Notes: a model not told the origin generated them from the letters alone. 64,000 bases of DNA from Octopus bimaculoides (GCF_001194135.2 NC_068997.1:39084045-39148044); one strand, 5' to 3'. Counted from the stretch's first letter, positions 11,516 to 24,400 are shown. Program-made: numbers and translations.

Positions 11516-12399
11516 GTACAGGTACACACACNNNNNNNNNNNNNNNNNNNNNNNNNNNNNNNNNNNNNNNNNNNNNNNNNNNNNNNNNNNNNNNNNNNNN
11601 NNNNNNNNNNNNNNNNNNNNNNNNNNNNNNNNNNNNNNNNNNNNNNNNNNNNNNNNNNNNNNNNNNNNNNNNNNNNNNNNNNNNNNNNNNNNNNNNNNNN
11701 NNNNNNNNNNNNNNNNNNNNNNNNNNNNNNNNNNNNNNNNNNNNNNNNNNNNNNNNNNNNNNNNNNNNNNNNNNNNNNNNNNNNNNNNNNNNNNNNNNNN
11801 NNNNNNNNNNNNNNNNNNNNNNNNNNNNNNNNNNNNNNNNNNNNNNNNNNNNNNNNNNNNNNNNNNNNNNNNNNNNNNNNNNNNNNNNNNNNNNNNNNNN
11901 NNNNNNNNNNNNNNNNNNNNNNNNNNNNNNNNNNNNNNNNNNNNNNNNNNNNNNNNNNNNNNNNNNNNNNNNNNNNNNNNNNNNNNNNNNNNNNNNNNNN
12001 NNNNNNNNNNNNNNNNNNNNNNNNNNNNNNNNNNNNNNNNNNNNNNNNNNNNNNNNNNNNNNNNNNNNNNNNNNNNNNNNNNNNNNNNNNNNNNNNNNNN
12101 NNNNNNNNNNNNNNNNNNNNNNNNNNNNNNNNNNNNNNNNNNNNNNNNNNNNNNNNNNNNNNNNNNNNNNNNNNNNNNNNNNNNNNNNNNNNNNNNNNNN
12201 NNNNNNNNNNNNNNNNNNNNNNNNNNNNNNNNNNNNNNNNNNNNNNNNNNNNATATATATATATATATATATATATATATAACGGTGGTGCTCCAGCATG
12301 ACAGCAACCGCATGGCTGAAACGAGTAAAAGAGTAAAATAATGTATATATATATAAATGTTATATTTCCATTATGAGTGTATAAACACACATATGTATA

Positions 12400-13360
12400 C
12401 ACAGGTTGTCCCAAAAGTTAGGCAATAGTGGGCATGCATTTTTATTTACTGACATAGGTCATTCAAATTATGCGTTTTCGTAGTGTACCTCCTCTATATA
12501 TAAAAAAAAAAACGTAGTGCTCAGCTGCTCAACATAGACTCCATCATTTGCGCCATTATTAAACACAACTTTTGAATCCTCTTACAAAAAGTTTAGGTGT
12601 ACTCCATCTCCATTTCTTTACAGACATTTCCAAATCATCTGTGTTATCAACACTGAATTTTATTGAACCGAAAATGTGGAAGTCAGAATGTACCAGATCC
12701 AGGCACCAGAGCGTCCGGGCTGTTCCGATTTGCCGATTATCTGCTTTGTTGCCAAAGATGCGTGTGCTTACACTTTCTCATGAAGAGTGTGGATCATTTT
12801 CAGATTCTTGACCGGTCTTTTTCTTCTATTGGCCTCGCCGAGCTTTTCGAATGTGTCAAACTGTTTACAGCTGAGCCAATTTTTAGAAAATCAAGGAGAA
12901 TGACGCACTTGTCAATCCCGAAATTAGTCACCATGATTTCTTGTGCCAACCGCTAAACTTGGACCAAGCCTCAGACAATAGATGTGATATCAATAAGCTT
13001 TCGTTTACGGGTGATAAAGATACGCCCACGTTTCAAACCTTGCGTGGTTTGTCTTCAACGGTTGTTCCCCTTTAAACTTCTTCATTAATGTGTGTACAAT
13101 GCTATTGTCTACGGTACATTTTCCGTAAACAACCTGTAGCCCTTTGTGGATGTGGGACCGTCTAATAATTTGCTAGACTAATATTTTTCTTTTCTTCTGT
13201 TTTAGTTGTTCCAGAAGCATCCTTGTAATTTGATGTAATGAGACAAGTTTATAAAGCCTACACTGTAGAAAAGCAAGCAGATGAGGCAACTTATAGTCTT
13301 CGTTCACAAATAAAGGATATCGCTCTGATATGTTTCATGTTTTGTTGGCCGATTTTTTAG
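12400..13360 (-). mobile_element. Degenerate mariner transposon
   Basis: Minus strand: KKFKG (HTH end), EKLGEANRRKRP, DLVHSDFHIFGSIK (SPDLAPSDFHLFG motif) and terminal YVE. TIR-like CAGGTTGTCCCAAAAGT near 12402. Confidence 0.75.
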
Positions 13361-15509
13361 GAGACAAGGACCTTTTACTGTTTTGCCCACGACGAAACCA
13401 AAACAACACAAACGAACGAAGAGAGAAATATTAAGTCAATATATTAACTTCATAGTGAAAAAGAAAACAAGGCTTAGAAGACTTTTACGTTTCGGACTAG
13501 TTTCTTTTTCTGGGTGGAAAGAGTAGAAATATAAGAAAAAGAAATAATACAATGTGGCCATGGTTGTTCACGTCTCTGTTAGATCACGGTGTTCCTTTCT
13601 ACCTCTATCTATTCTGTAATATTTTGTCGTAGGTTTATATCTGTTTAGTTATTTTAGGTAGTGTTACAAACTACCTCACTACTTTAATCTGACATTTTAA
13701 GTATATTCCCATACGTAGTGAATTAAAAAAATTGTATTAAGTCAAATATTGCACCTATTTCCCTCCGTACCCTGCTTCCTGACCCTTCTCTTTCTTTATT
13801 CTGTTTCTTTTCTCCTCACCTTCTCACACGACACCTCTTGTTTGTCGTCTCTCTCCCCATTAAAATAACCCCTCAATTTAAGCTTTTCCGTTATTTCCTT
13901 GCCCTCTTTCCCCCCTCCCCACGCACACACACACACACACACACAAACACGCACACACATACATGTATATATAAGTATCAACAAAACGTTATATTTTCCT
14001 ATTGTCAGGGCAAATATATTTTCTATTTTCTTAACTTTATATTAACTGATTTTTACGTAGACTATCATCAGTTTCCAAGAAATCCAAAAAGCCATTTTGA
14101 AATTATTACTGTAATAAGTAATAATAGTGCATGTAAAGACATCTAAATTATTAAAAAAATATTAGAAGAATAGAATTACTGATATTTACGTTTTCAAATA
14201 ATTCGTTATTACTAAAATTGAATTTAGTTAAAATTGGAGATCAGTATCAAATTAATCACGAAATGCTTTTATTATTGAATATGAATATTTCTCTTCTTTA
14301 AATATATAAACAGACACACATACGCACACATTCCTGCACACACTCACACACACCTACACATACTCTCACACACACTTTCTCTCACACACATGTGTACTTA
14401 TTACCACATGTAATTGATGATTATGTTGGGAACCACACTAGAAATTTTGTCAATCCTGCTAGCCCTCATGCATACACGATATTTTGATTTCATGCCAAGG
14501 AAAAATTGAAATAGTTGATTAGTATATCAGAAGAACTATTTGAAAGTTATTGAAAGATTTTGGTGAAGATGAAGTAGAGAAACATGAGAACAAAGTGGTG
14601 GTCGAGAATTCGAAAGCATTCTTATTACTGTATGTGAACAATATGTTTTTTAATTATTTACTTTTCTTAAATTAAAAACATAAGCTATTTGCTTTTATAA
14701 TATAAAACTACATTGTTTTAATGTCTATTGGTTTACTCTCCTACGAATAGATTATTTCAAAAGTTAATTTCAAGTATATTAATCGAGGTAAGGCGGACAA
14801 AAGCAATTTACATTTTGGTATAGATTCTTATATCTAAAGAAGGTAAGTGTATTTAAGAAAGCAGGTCTTCAAAGAACGAAAGCATCCTATAATGAAAGCA
14901 TTGTATCATAATTAAGTTTGTTCAATAATATCCAATATCGCCAGTAATTTTGGAGAGTTGCTGATATTTTATTACCGAATTTGTTTATACACACTTACAA
15001 ATATATATTACACTATTTGTATATAGTCATAGGTTTGCGATTCAGTTCACCTCCAATTCGGTTCAAGTACGTAATGCTGATAAGTCACAAAAATCCATCT
15101 ATTGCTCCTGAACGGAATTTGGAAGGAGTTGTATCACCTGTCTATGATATTCAGGCGTTTTAACATCCAGTGCTTTGAGGTAGTTATCTTCACCACGCTA
15201 AGTTGTAGCCTACCGGCGAACAAGCAAGATACGTGGATTGAGTATGTGCGTTCGATAATGTTTGCACCACTAGCACTGCTTCTAATTCATATTTGAATAT
15301 ATATATATATATATANNNNNNNNNNNNNNNNNNNNNNNNNNNNNNNNNNNNNNNNNNNNNNNNNNNNNNNNNNNNNNNNNNNNNNNNNNNNNNNNNNNNN
15401 NNNNNNNNNNNNNNNNNNNNNNNNNNNNNNNNNNNNNNNNNNNNNNNNNNNNNNNNNNNNNNNNNNNNNNNNNCATACATGCATACATGCATACGTACAT
15501 ACATACACA

Positions 15510-16195
15510 AGGTGCGGTGGGTAAATTGTCGCCATTTTTAATTTTTAATTTTGTGCATGCACATTGTTTGGTTTTGATTTTGTCGACTACACAGTATAGT
15601 ATGGTCAGTTGGGCATCTGTGATAAAAACAGCACCATAACGCATTTCATTCTGCCAGAAATTTGGAAACAACATGCTGTACATGGGACACAGTCATCTTC
15701 ATTCGCCTTTGGGTTCTCTTCCCAAGTTTCTGGTTATAACCATTCTTTATACGTTCAAAATCTTTAAATCAGCAGCTATTTTCCCCAGGTTTACACCATC
15801 TTCTGTCTTCCTTCAAACTAAAAAACTAATTTCCTTTGAAAGCATTTTCATGTGAAAAAATAATTTCTGAAGCAAAGAAAGGTTTCTTGAATGACAACAC
15901 TTATTAGGCCACTGCATCTGCCTTCGCACGAGAAAATTTACATAAAAAAGTTTGAAAGGATTGTCCAAGGTGATGTTAAAGTAAACATTCTGTTATGTCT
16001 GAAAAATAATGTTGCGTAATTTATAACAAAATATGCCAAGAGTGCTCGCAGTACAGAAAAGACTGGAACAAGCATCTTACTTTTAGTCAATTTACAGTTC
16101 ACAAGTACAGGCTTAACCATTCTGAGTAACTCCACGAAATAAACTTCCTAGAAGTATAATTTCTCTGGTATCTTAAAAAATTGTCAACCCCCTGT
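15510..16195. mobile_element. Possible highly decayed Tc1/mariner relic
   Basis: TIR-like AGGTGCGGTGGGTAAATTG at the left. Only weak similarity at the right end, and no clear catalytic motif. Confidence 0.3.
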
Positions 16196-17748
16196 ACCCT
16201 ATATCGAGTTCCGAAATCCTGTTCAAGGTTACTTCAAGTATCAAGCAGTATATTGGATTTATTTACGTACATTTTCCTAGATATAGGTAGTGAGCAAAGA
16301 TATATTTGTCTCAGCTCCAGGATGTGAGCTATCTAAGTTATTAAGTTATGTAGTCATAACAAATACTAAATGCTTAATGGAGGGCAGTAGAGAGAAAAGA
16401 AAAGAACGTTTTCATACAAACGACGAAACCTCTCAAAACAAACGTGATTTAGCTGAAAAATTATCAAAACGTCTTATTCAGAGTATATTCAATTATAATC
16501 TATATTTTTGCTTGAATATTTTTGGTCCCTCTACCTTGTGAATATGATATGTTTAACTATTCTCCTTTAATTTTCTCCCAACATCACAATAATAAATACC
16601 TTCCCCATTGTAATACTATCATGAAATCGTGGTAAAATTCAGTCATACTGAGAAAACCTATTAAAATCGTATTAACTCCAAAATGCTGTATGAGACCCTA
16701 AACAGTTCGTTAGTTTCTGGTTTTATTCGAATAACTTTAGGAGGAAAGATTAAATTTCAGAAAGAAAACATTTCGGAAAAGGAAAGCTATTTTCATATTC
16801 GTTTTTAAATAACGGTCCTTGCATGAATAATAGAATAATTCAAATTTTAATCTGTTTGTTCTAATATAGAAAACAACGATGTTTACATTTGTGAACAATC
16901 TATAGAGAAATTTAGTTTCCTCTCGTCTACACTTTTTCCATCTCTCTTTTCACAATTCACAAAATGAAATTTCCCTGGTTTTTGTAAAACATGGAATTTA
17001 CCGAAAGTAAAGGAGCTCTCATAAACGATCTCCCTTTAAGTTGATTAACTAACAAAAAATCGCAAAAAACAATGAAGTTTAATTAATTAATTAATTTACC
17101 CTAATATCATCAAAAAAGTAAATAAAAACAAAAGCTCGCTCGAGAAAAACCACTATTTTGCTGCACATTTATATCTGTGTGTTTGAAATTTTATTTTTGG
17201 TAAATGACGGAGCTAGAAAAAAAATAATCCATAAAAATATCAATTAATTTAATTAGAAATGAATTTAAAGCAAAGTTTGCCGAACTGAAGTTGAAAACTG
17301 TAAAATTCCATTGAAATCGTGTATCATAATAATTTGAATAAAATCAGCGAACATCTATGAGGAGAATCTATAAATGGAGGTCAAAGGATTAGAATGACTC
17401 TATCACTTTAATTTATTCATTCTAAATGAAATATGTCTGTCACGAGTAAATAACAATGTCGTGTACTTATGTCGTCCTCACGTAGCTTATGTAATGTTAA
17501 TACGATTCTTGTTTCATATCACCTGATAAAGAAACCTACTCAATGTTACTTTTTCATATTTGACACATATTTGTCAGTTTTGTAAAATTATCTTCTCCAT
17601 AGAAATTAGTTTGTCAGTTATTGTCGATACATTTTCAAGGTAGTTGATATATTAACGTCTAATCAAATAGGGCTTTCTAATGAATATATTCCCATATGTG
17701 ATATTTTGAAATATGGTGAATCTGCTCCACATGTTTTAAAGATGTTGG

Positions 17749-17962
17749 GTTTGACATTTCCTTTTCTCCACAGTCCGTAGTTTTAACTGAGCTACGAAGG
17801 ATCTGTGATGATGTTCTGGGTGAAGAAAAATTTAATATAGTGATTGGTGGAGTGACTGGGAGCACACAATAGAGATATGAAAGGCGAAGAAAATGGAGCT
17901 GCTATGAGATCAACCAGCTCCGACGAGCAGAGACCCTTATAATGTTACTCCTTACAATTTTT
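17749..17962 (+). repeat. Local direct duplication, copy 1
   Basis: Aligns along its whole length with 18816-19037 (roughly 85% identity by eye, one 7-nt indel). Confidence 0.92.
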
Positions 17963-18080
17963 TAAAGTTAATTTAACGTTATATGAAACTAAATTTCCAC
18001 ATAGTTCACACATGATTAAAATATTGCTACGTACATATACAAGACACACAGTTGCTAGTTTATAATATTGTAATCTGATT

Positions 18081-18294
18081 AAGGTGGCGAGTTGGCAGAA
18101 AAGTTAGCACTCCCGGCGAAATGCTTAGCGGTATTTCGCCTGTCTTTGCGTTCTGAGTTCAAATTCCGAGGTCGACTTTGCCTATCATCCTTTCGGGGTC
18201 GATAAATTAAGTACCAGTTACGTACTGGGGTCGATCTAATAGACTGGCTCCCTCCCTCAAGATTTCGGGCCTTGTGCCTAGAGTAGAAAAAAAT
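18081..18294 (+). mobile_element. tRNA-derived SINE, family A, full length
   Basis: aaggtggcgagttggcagaa...gagttcaaattcc...cttgtgcctagagtagaaaa. Confidence 0.92.
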
Positions 18295-18475
18295 ATTGTG
18301 AACTGATTTTCAAAATAAATATTCCAGCTGATAATTAACCCTTTATTCTTCACCACTCTACAGTTATTAATATACCAACGCATTCTCTTCTGCCTCTGTC
18401 TTTTGAACCTTTCTCTCGTAAATTAGTAAAGTGTGTATCACATCTCTTTCGTTTATGTTTTAGCGTCGATTCAAC

Positions 18476-18698
18476 TACGAGGGAGTGCTGAAAAGTTTCT
18501 GGCTTTAAAGGTGTCTCGAAAGGCCTGGCTGGAGGCCCAATATTCCGAGTTCTTTTACAGGGCTTAGAAAAAGTGAAGGACCTCTGCAATAAGTGTGTGA
18601 ATCTGAGAGAGGAATATGTCGAATAAAATCATAATTAACTGATCCCCCTGTACTTTTTTTTTTACCCAAAGCCAGGAACTGTTCAGCACCCACTCGTA
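18476..18698 (+). mobile_element. Mariner-derived MITE (internal deletion derivative)
   Basis: TA-flanked TIRs TACGAGGGAGTGCTGAAAAGTTTCTGGCTTT / AAAGCCAGGAACTGTTCAGCACCCACTCGTA. Retains the transposase C-terminus LQGLEKVKDLCNKCVNLREEYVE*. Confidence 0.9.
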
Positions 18699-18815
18699 TA
18701 ACTCACTAAATACCAATAATGATTGTAAAAAAACGATTGTAATCCTCTTGCTTACATTTCTATATTTAAAACTGAACAGAATCAAAAAGAAATCAATCTT
18801 TGAACAACGGCTTGC

Positions 18816-19037
18816 GTTTGACATTTCCTTTTCTCCACAGCCCGTGGTTTTAACTAGGTTTTAGCTACTAAGGACCTGCGATGATGTTCTGGGTGAAGAA
18901 GAATTTGATACAATGATTGGTGGAGTGACTGGGAGCACACAATATGGATATGAAAGGCGAAGAAAATGGAGCTGTTATGAAATCAACCAGCTCCGACTAG
19001 CAAAGAAACCATTATAATGTTACTCCTTACAATTTTT
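18816..19037 (+). repeat. Local direct duplication, copy 2
   Basis: See 17749-17962. Confidence 0.92.
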
Positions 19038-19329
19038 CAATAATGACTGAATGCTATAAGAGTAACTTTTTTGACCATGTTAACCCATTAAGTCCCAGAG
19101 TACTTGAATTTCTGAATACTACTTTAAAATTTTTACAAATGATTGAAAATAGGTTAAAATGAAAAGAAATAATTATTAGAATGCCTTTACTTCAAGTAGA
19201 AATGGAAATACTCGGAAATACTGAAACAATGTGATATAGCTTATTTAATACAGTTCTATATTTTAGAGATGAGGAATTATGTACATTATTTACATTAGAC
19301 GGATATTTACCCTCATCTTGTTTGTTGTT

Positions 19330-19375
19330 AACAGAACGTTTCAGCTGATATAACCTCCAGTCTTCTTCAGGTGTC
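19330..19375 (-). ncRNA. Minimal type I hammerhead ribozyme motif in the PLE 3' region
   Basis: GACAC-CTGAAGA-AGACTG GAGGTTATAT CAGCT-GAAA-CGTT-CTGTT. The core is intact, stem III is the palindrome ACGT, and the triplet is GUU. Stems I and II each carry a defect. Confidence 0.75.
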
Positions 19376-19455
19376 TTGGGGAAAATTTCGAACCTGGGTT
19401 CTCATTTCTAAGGCATTTTCCGATGTTATTATTATTATTATTATTATTATTAGTG

Positions 19456-19532
19456 TTCAGGTCACTGCTTGGAATCGAACTCGGAATCTTGGGGTTAGTA
19501 GCCCGCTCTCTTAACCACTACTCCATATGCCC
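19456..19532 (-). other. tRNA-derived sequence with Pol III A and B boxes inside the PLE 3' region (not a functional tRNA)
   Basis: GGGCATA-TGGAGTAGTGG (A box, 19515-19525)...GCGGG CTACTAA CCCC (anticodon-arm-like)...GTTCGATTCC (B box, 19471-19480), followed by (AAT)n. Acceptor and T stems do not pair. Confidence 0.8.
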
Positions 19533-21385
19533 GTGGGCAATTATGGGGTGAATTTTAGGGCTTATAAATCTAATCTTTTTCTATCCTTCCTTAATACCGG
19601 TTCCCATATGCTGATCATATATGCACTCGGTCTGCTTAGGAGGTTGTTGTGTCCTAGCATAAGTGCTGCTTCTTTTAGTTTTCGTATTTTCCAGTGGTGT
19701 TCTCTGTCTATTATTTTAACTTCATGCCACAGGGGGAGGTGGTCTCCATTTTCCCATACATGATCAGCTATACCCGATTTATCAATATCTCCTCGTATCA
19801 CAGCTTGGTGATGTTCCTCTATCCTTATTTTGAGGGAGCGGCATGTTTCGCCTTTGTATAACCTACCACAGCTGTATGGGATGGAGCATACGCAGTCTTT
19901 GGTCATATTCTCTTCTATTGATGGTTTTGCCCGAAGGAGATATTTGCGAAATGTTGTATTACTCTTGAATACTGTCCTGATGTCATATGAGCCGCATATC
20001 TTTTATATCTTTTCGGAGAGGCCTTTCACATCGGGTAGACAGACTGTGAACAGTTTATTGGCCTCATCCTCTCTCTTCTTCATAATTGAGGTAGTTGTCA
20101 AGCTCAGATCGTTGTTGAGCTTTTTCATTTCTTCGTGGTGTGTATCACGATCGCTACTTATATTCTTTGCACGATGTTTTAGGCAGTGAGCAATCCCTCT
20201 CTTTACACTATATGGATGGTGGGAATTGAAGTTGAGGTATCGTCCAGGAAAGGTCGGCCTGCGGTATACGGATGTCCTGAATCCATACTTGGTGCGTGTT
20301 ATTAGTACGTCCAGCAATGCCAGCTTATTTTCTTTTTTCTTTTCCATTGTGAACTGTATAGATGGCTTTATTGAGTTCACATGATTTAACAGCACCTGGA
20401 CATCTTCCTGGTGGGGCCAGAGTATAAAGGTGTCATCAACATATCGCAGCCGTAGGGTTGGTTTTAGTGGTGTTGATCCTAAAGCCAAATTCTAAAAGTA
20501 TTCCATGTATATATTGGCTATTACCGGTGATAATGGCAAACCCATAGCTAAACCCTCTTCTTGTCGATATATATCAGTGTCCATACTGAAGTAGGTAGTT
20601 TCTACATAGAGGATTAACATTTCTATCAAGTTTCTTATTGGTATACTAGTGCGTTCTTTTAGATGGATGTCTGTCACTAGTTATTCTTGTATCACCGATA
20701 GTGCTTCACCAGTTGGGACTTTGGTGAACAGGCCAATCACATTTAGACTCACCATCTGGTTGATTAATTCTGTGAAGTAGGTGGAATTCTTCACGTACGA
20801 TGTTGACTTTCCTGCTAATGGACTGATTATATCCAAAAGGAAGCGGCTCACTATAGGTCTTAATGGAATACCATCCTTTTGAATCTTAGGAAGACCGTTT
20901 ACTAGTTTATTGTGGTGTTGAGTCAGTTGTCTGTACTTCATTGGTGTAAAGCGATCCTTGTTATTGATCAAGATCTGTGACAACTTCCTCTCTTTAGGGT
21001 CTTTCTTTACTTTGTTGTAGCTACCATCACTAAGACTTGCCAATTTTTCGGAGTAGTCAGACTTGTTCATCACCACTGTAGCATTTCCCTTGTCCGCTGG
21101 AAGTATTATGATGGAATTGTCACTCAGTTGTCTTTTGATAGCGAACTTTTCTTCAAAATCACAGCTTTGCTGGGATGAGCTGAAAAATTCACTGATGCTA
21201 CACTCTGTTCCTTCGACTAAATAAGGATAATAACGTCTAAGGTATGTTACAAACAACTCAAGAAACTATCATGTACTATAACTTAGGCTCGTAGGTGCAT
21301 GTATGAATGAGTGTGTATCTGTTTAAGTAAAACTATTACGCTTGATGCCAATCTGTGTGTGTGTTGTGTATATTTACTTGTCATC

Positions 21386-21390
<5 letters not shown>

Positions 21391-21458
<68 letters not shown>
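21391..21458. repeat. (GT)n microsatellite
   Basis: Seen directly. Confidence 0.97.
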
Positions 21459-21459
<1 letters not shown>

Positions 21460-24400
21460 TAGTACATTTATTACGTTTGGTATCTAGGTATTGTGTTCGC
21501 TATGTCGCCTGTGTCAACAATAGAAGATATTTTTTATACATTTATTTGCATTTCTGAAACTGTCTTAATAAGCCTAAAACTAACTTCTAGATAGCATTAG
21601 CAGAACCAATATACCTTTGTTAAGTTATAATGTAGTGAAAAAGAAAAGATGAAATGATTGATCCAACAATATTTTCGGATACCAGTATAAAATCGGGACA
21701 TATTTTTTAGAGAGAAGAATTTTTCGAGGAGTTTTGATTTTCTTTCCTTTCTCAAACATATTAACAAAATAACTTAAGTGAAGTGAGCTCAGCTGGAAAA
21801 CACAAAATTGATTTTCCAAACCTTATGAAAAATTAAAGAAAACCAGCATTAACTGTAATGGTTATAATAGCGAATAATTTGGTAAATGATTATTTATACT
21901 ATTCCATCCATTATTTTCCTCAAATAATATTTTAAATTCTGAACGCATTTGTCAAATTACAAAATTTGTTTTATAAAAATATTTCAGAGTGATGCTGACC
22001 AGGTACTTAATTCTGATAGTTCCCAAATTGATTTATGAAAGCTGGGATTGACTTGTGCTTTTTTTTGTCGATAAATTACTATTTTGAACATAATTACATG
22101 AAAGGCTAAATTGTACAAAGTTTCTTTTATCTAAAAACACACCTATATAAAATTGATAACCGATATTCTTTACATTCATTCTCAGATTAAATCATGAAAT
22201 AATGGCTGTTATAGTTTTGGTTTTAATCATTGTCATTTTGATATGAAAATGTAACGATATTGCAATTTACTATCATTGACTATTTATGATCACAAGGGTC
22301 ACACAAACTCTGATAGGAAATCAATAGTTAAAGACGAATATCAATTTCTTGTTCTCCAGAGGAAGTCTAAATCTTGTTGAAGTTGACATCACCACTCAGC
22401 ACAATAAAATGTCTGTGGCAAGTTCTCTCTGTAAAATCGTCCATGGGCCAAGCCATAAGAAAAACTACTATTACACATTAATAAATGTGTGCGCAAAATG
22501 ATGCGTGGAATTACGTCCTTTGTTTCAGAAATTATCTTCGTGATTTCCTGAATAGAAAACTGTAAAATAGGTATCAGATTGAAGTAAATATTGGAATTGA
22601 TATGTTTGACAGTGGTGCTCCTAGCAGGATGCTACCCAATGAATGAAACCAGTATTATAATTATAGAATAAAAAAAAAAAGTGACTGGACTTCTGCCAGA
22701 TGGGAAACTATTTAGATTTGGATTAGAGGTAATACATTTGTCATCGTTCTTTTGTTCCCTACTCCAAGAAAAGAAACTGATGCATATTTTTCCAGTGAAG
22801 ACGCCACAAATATTTCTTGTAGTTACAAGTTGAATATTGAAGTCATGAAGTAAATACAATTGTACCTTTTTTATGCAAAAGAAGATAAATCTTTTCTAAA
22901 AGTTATACAAATTTCATGTGGTAACTTAGAATTAAATGACATATGCGAGGTGCGTTCAAAAAGTATTCGGCCTTGGGGAATAAAAAACAAAACAAGAACA
23001 ATTTTGCACATTTCACACATTTTATTAAATCACCTTCAAAATACTATATGTATAATATTATATATTATGTAGTTCAGCTGGGCATTACATACTTAATGCA
23101 ATGAGCCGAAGAAAGTGCCATCAATTAAAATGAAACTAGTAATGAAAAGAATAATCATTAATCATCAGTGATAATCAATGACAAGAAAAGTAAGGGAAAT
23201 AACTCAGGAATCCGAATTCATGAAAACTTGAATTGTAGCTTATAGTGGAGTGCAGTTCGATAGGCAAGTACAATTATGACGTCAATCATTCAGTAACATT
23301 AGAAGAAAGGGTCATTTCAAAGTACTTATGAACTCCTCTGCTTCCTTTTCTTCCTCCTCTGTTTTTTTTGTGGTTTGTAATTAGAAATTTAAATCTTTTA
23401 TAATACAAAGTATCACAGCACACGTGATGGTATTCAACACATACACTATGTTAAACTTTCTACGTATTTGTAAATACACATAGCTTATACAAGGTGTATA
23501 TATATATATACATATATATTATTGTACACGCGTGTGTGTGTATGTGTGTTGAAAGGCTGCGTTATATGCTAGAAACTATTTCCAAAACTTTTCGAAAATC
23601 TGAAAACTTCTTAAAGATTTCGCGAGTTAGCGTTTTTCTTTTTCTGTGTGTTGAAGTTGATACACCCAACAAGCTGTTTATATCCATTTACTATGACAAG
23701 CCAAACTTTCGACTAGCATTTATTGTCGCCGAGTCCAATTCATTCTACTTCTATATCTTAGTTTCATTTTATCGTGGTTAATAAGAATGAACTAAGAAGA
23801 GATAAAGCTGAGAAACATTAAGAAATGGATTAAGTTATCGTTGAAAAATGTTAATTTTTCAATAATTAACGTCTATTCATGTTTCTGCAGAGAAGACTTT
23901 CGCTATAAGCAGTTTCAAATGACAAGCATACACAGCCGTGTTTTATTTCCGCCGAGCGATGATCGAGAGTAAAAACAGTCGTCAATAGGAAGAAAGTGAT
24001 TACCAGAGCTCATAGCAAGCACTATTGATTTATGAAAAGCTAAAACAGGTGATAAAGAATAGTGAAGAGTTCAATTTCTCTGAGAGACTAAACCTTGTGT
24101 GAGGTTCTCTCAAAAAGATAGAAGAATACCATCAATTTACTTGAAAACAGCCCCATTTGGCCATAATTTTGCAGAAGTTGTTTGTTTTTGCAGAAGGTGT
24201 ATGTAAAGTGAATGTTTAGAAGTAACAGAGAGAGCAAAATAACCGGGAACATAAGCAAAAATAAGACGACAAAAAAAAAAAAAAGAGGTATAAGAACGTA
24301 GAAATGACATATACTTTCATTGTAAAGACGTGACAATTAAAAAAAAAGGCTTTCTGAGTGGCTGGGTGGGAGGAATTGACAAAAGCATTTTACATGACTT

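Larger units (their letters stand above)
19250..21165 (-). mobile_element. Penelope-like element (RT + GIY-YIG endonuclease), 5'-truncated and inactivated
   Basis: PLE motifs in order: ILPADKGNATVVM, GLPKIQKDGIPLRPIVS, KNS, LFTKVP, GLAMGLPLSPVIANIYME, LRYVDDTF, LLDVLITR, YLNFNSHHP. GIY-YIG follows as CVCSIPYSCGRLYKGETCRSLKIRIEEH..RKLKEA. The four ORF-track pieces share one frame and are separated by in-frame stops. Confidence 0.95.

Noticed and set aside
13205-13330. Plus-strand exon-like ORF MRQVYKAYTVEKQADEAT
   Set aside because: It is the antisense of the mariner 5' region at 12400-13360.
16290-16541. 83-aa ORF with an acceptor at 16314
   Set aside because: Only a weak donor (AGA|gtatat) and no homology recognised.
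19456-19532. Functional tRNA gene
   Set aside because: Acceptor and T stems do not pair. Kept only as a tRNA-derived sequence.
22330-22430. Plus-strand exon after ttgttctccag, or a minus-strand IVLSGDVNFNKI remnant
   Set aside because: No canonical donor. The minus reading resembles a CR1/APE motif but is too short to call.
23277-23284. CRE sites TGACGTCA at 23277 and 41926
   Set aside because: Isolated 8-mers near chance frequency, and one lies within a SINE remnant.
23662-23681. 16-mer CCCAACAAGCTGTTTA shared with about 28578
   Set aside because: About one such match is expected by chance in a window this size, and the flanks do not align.
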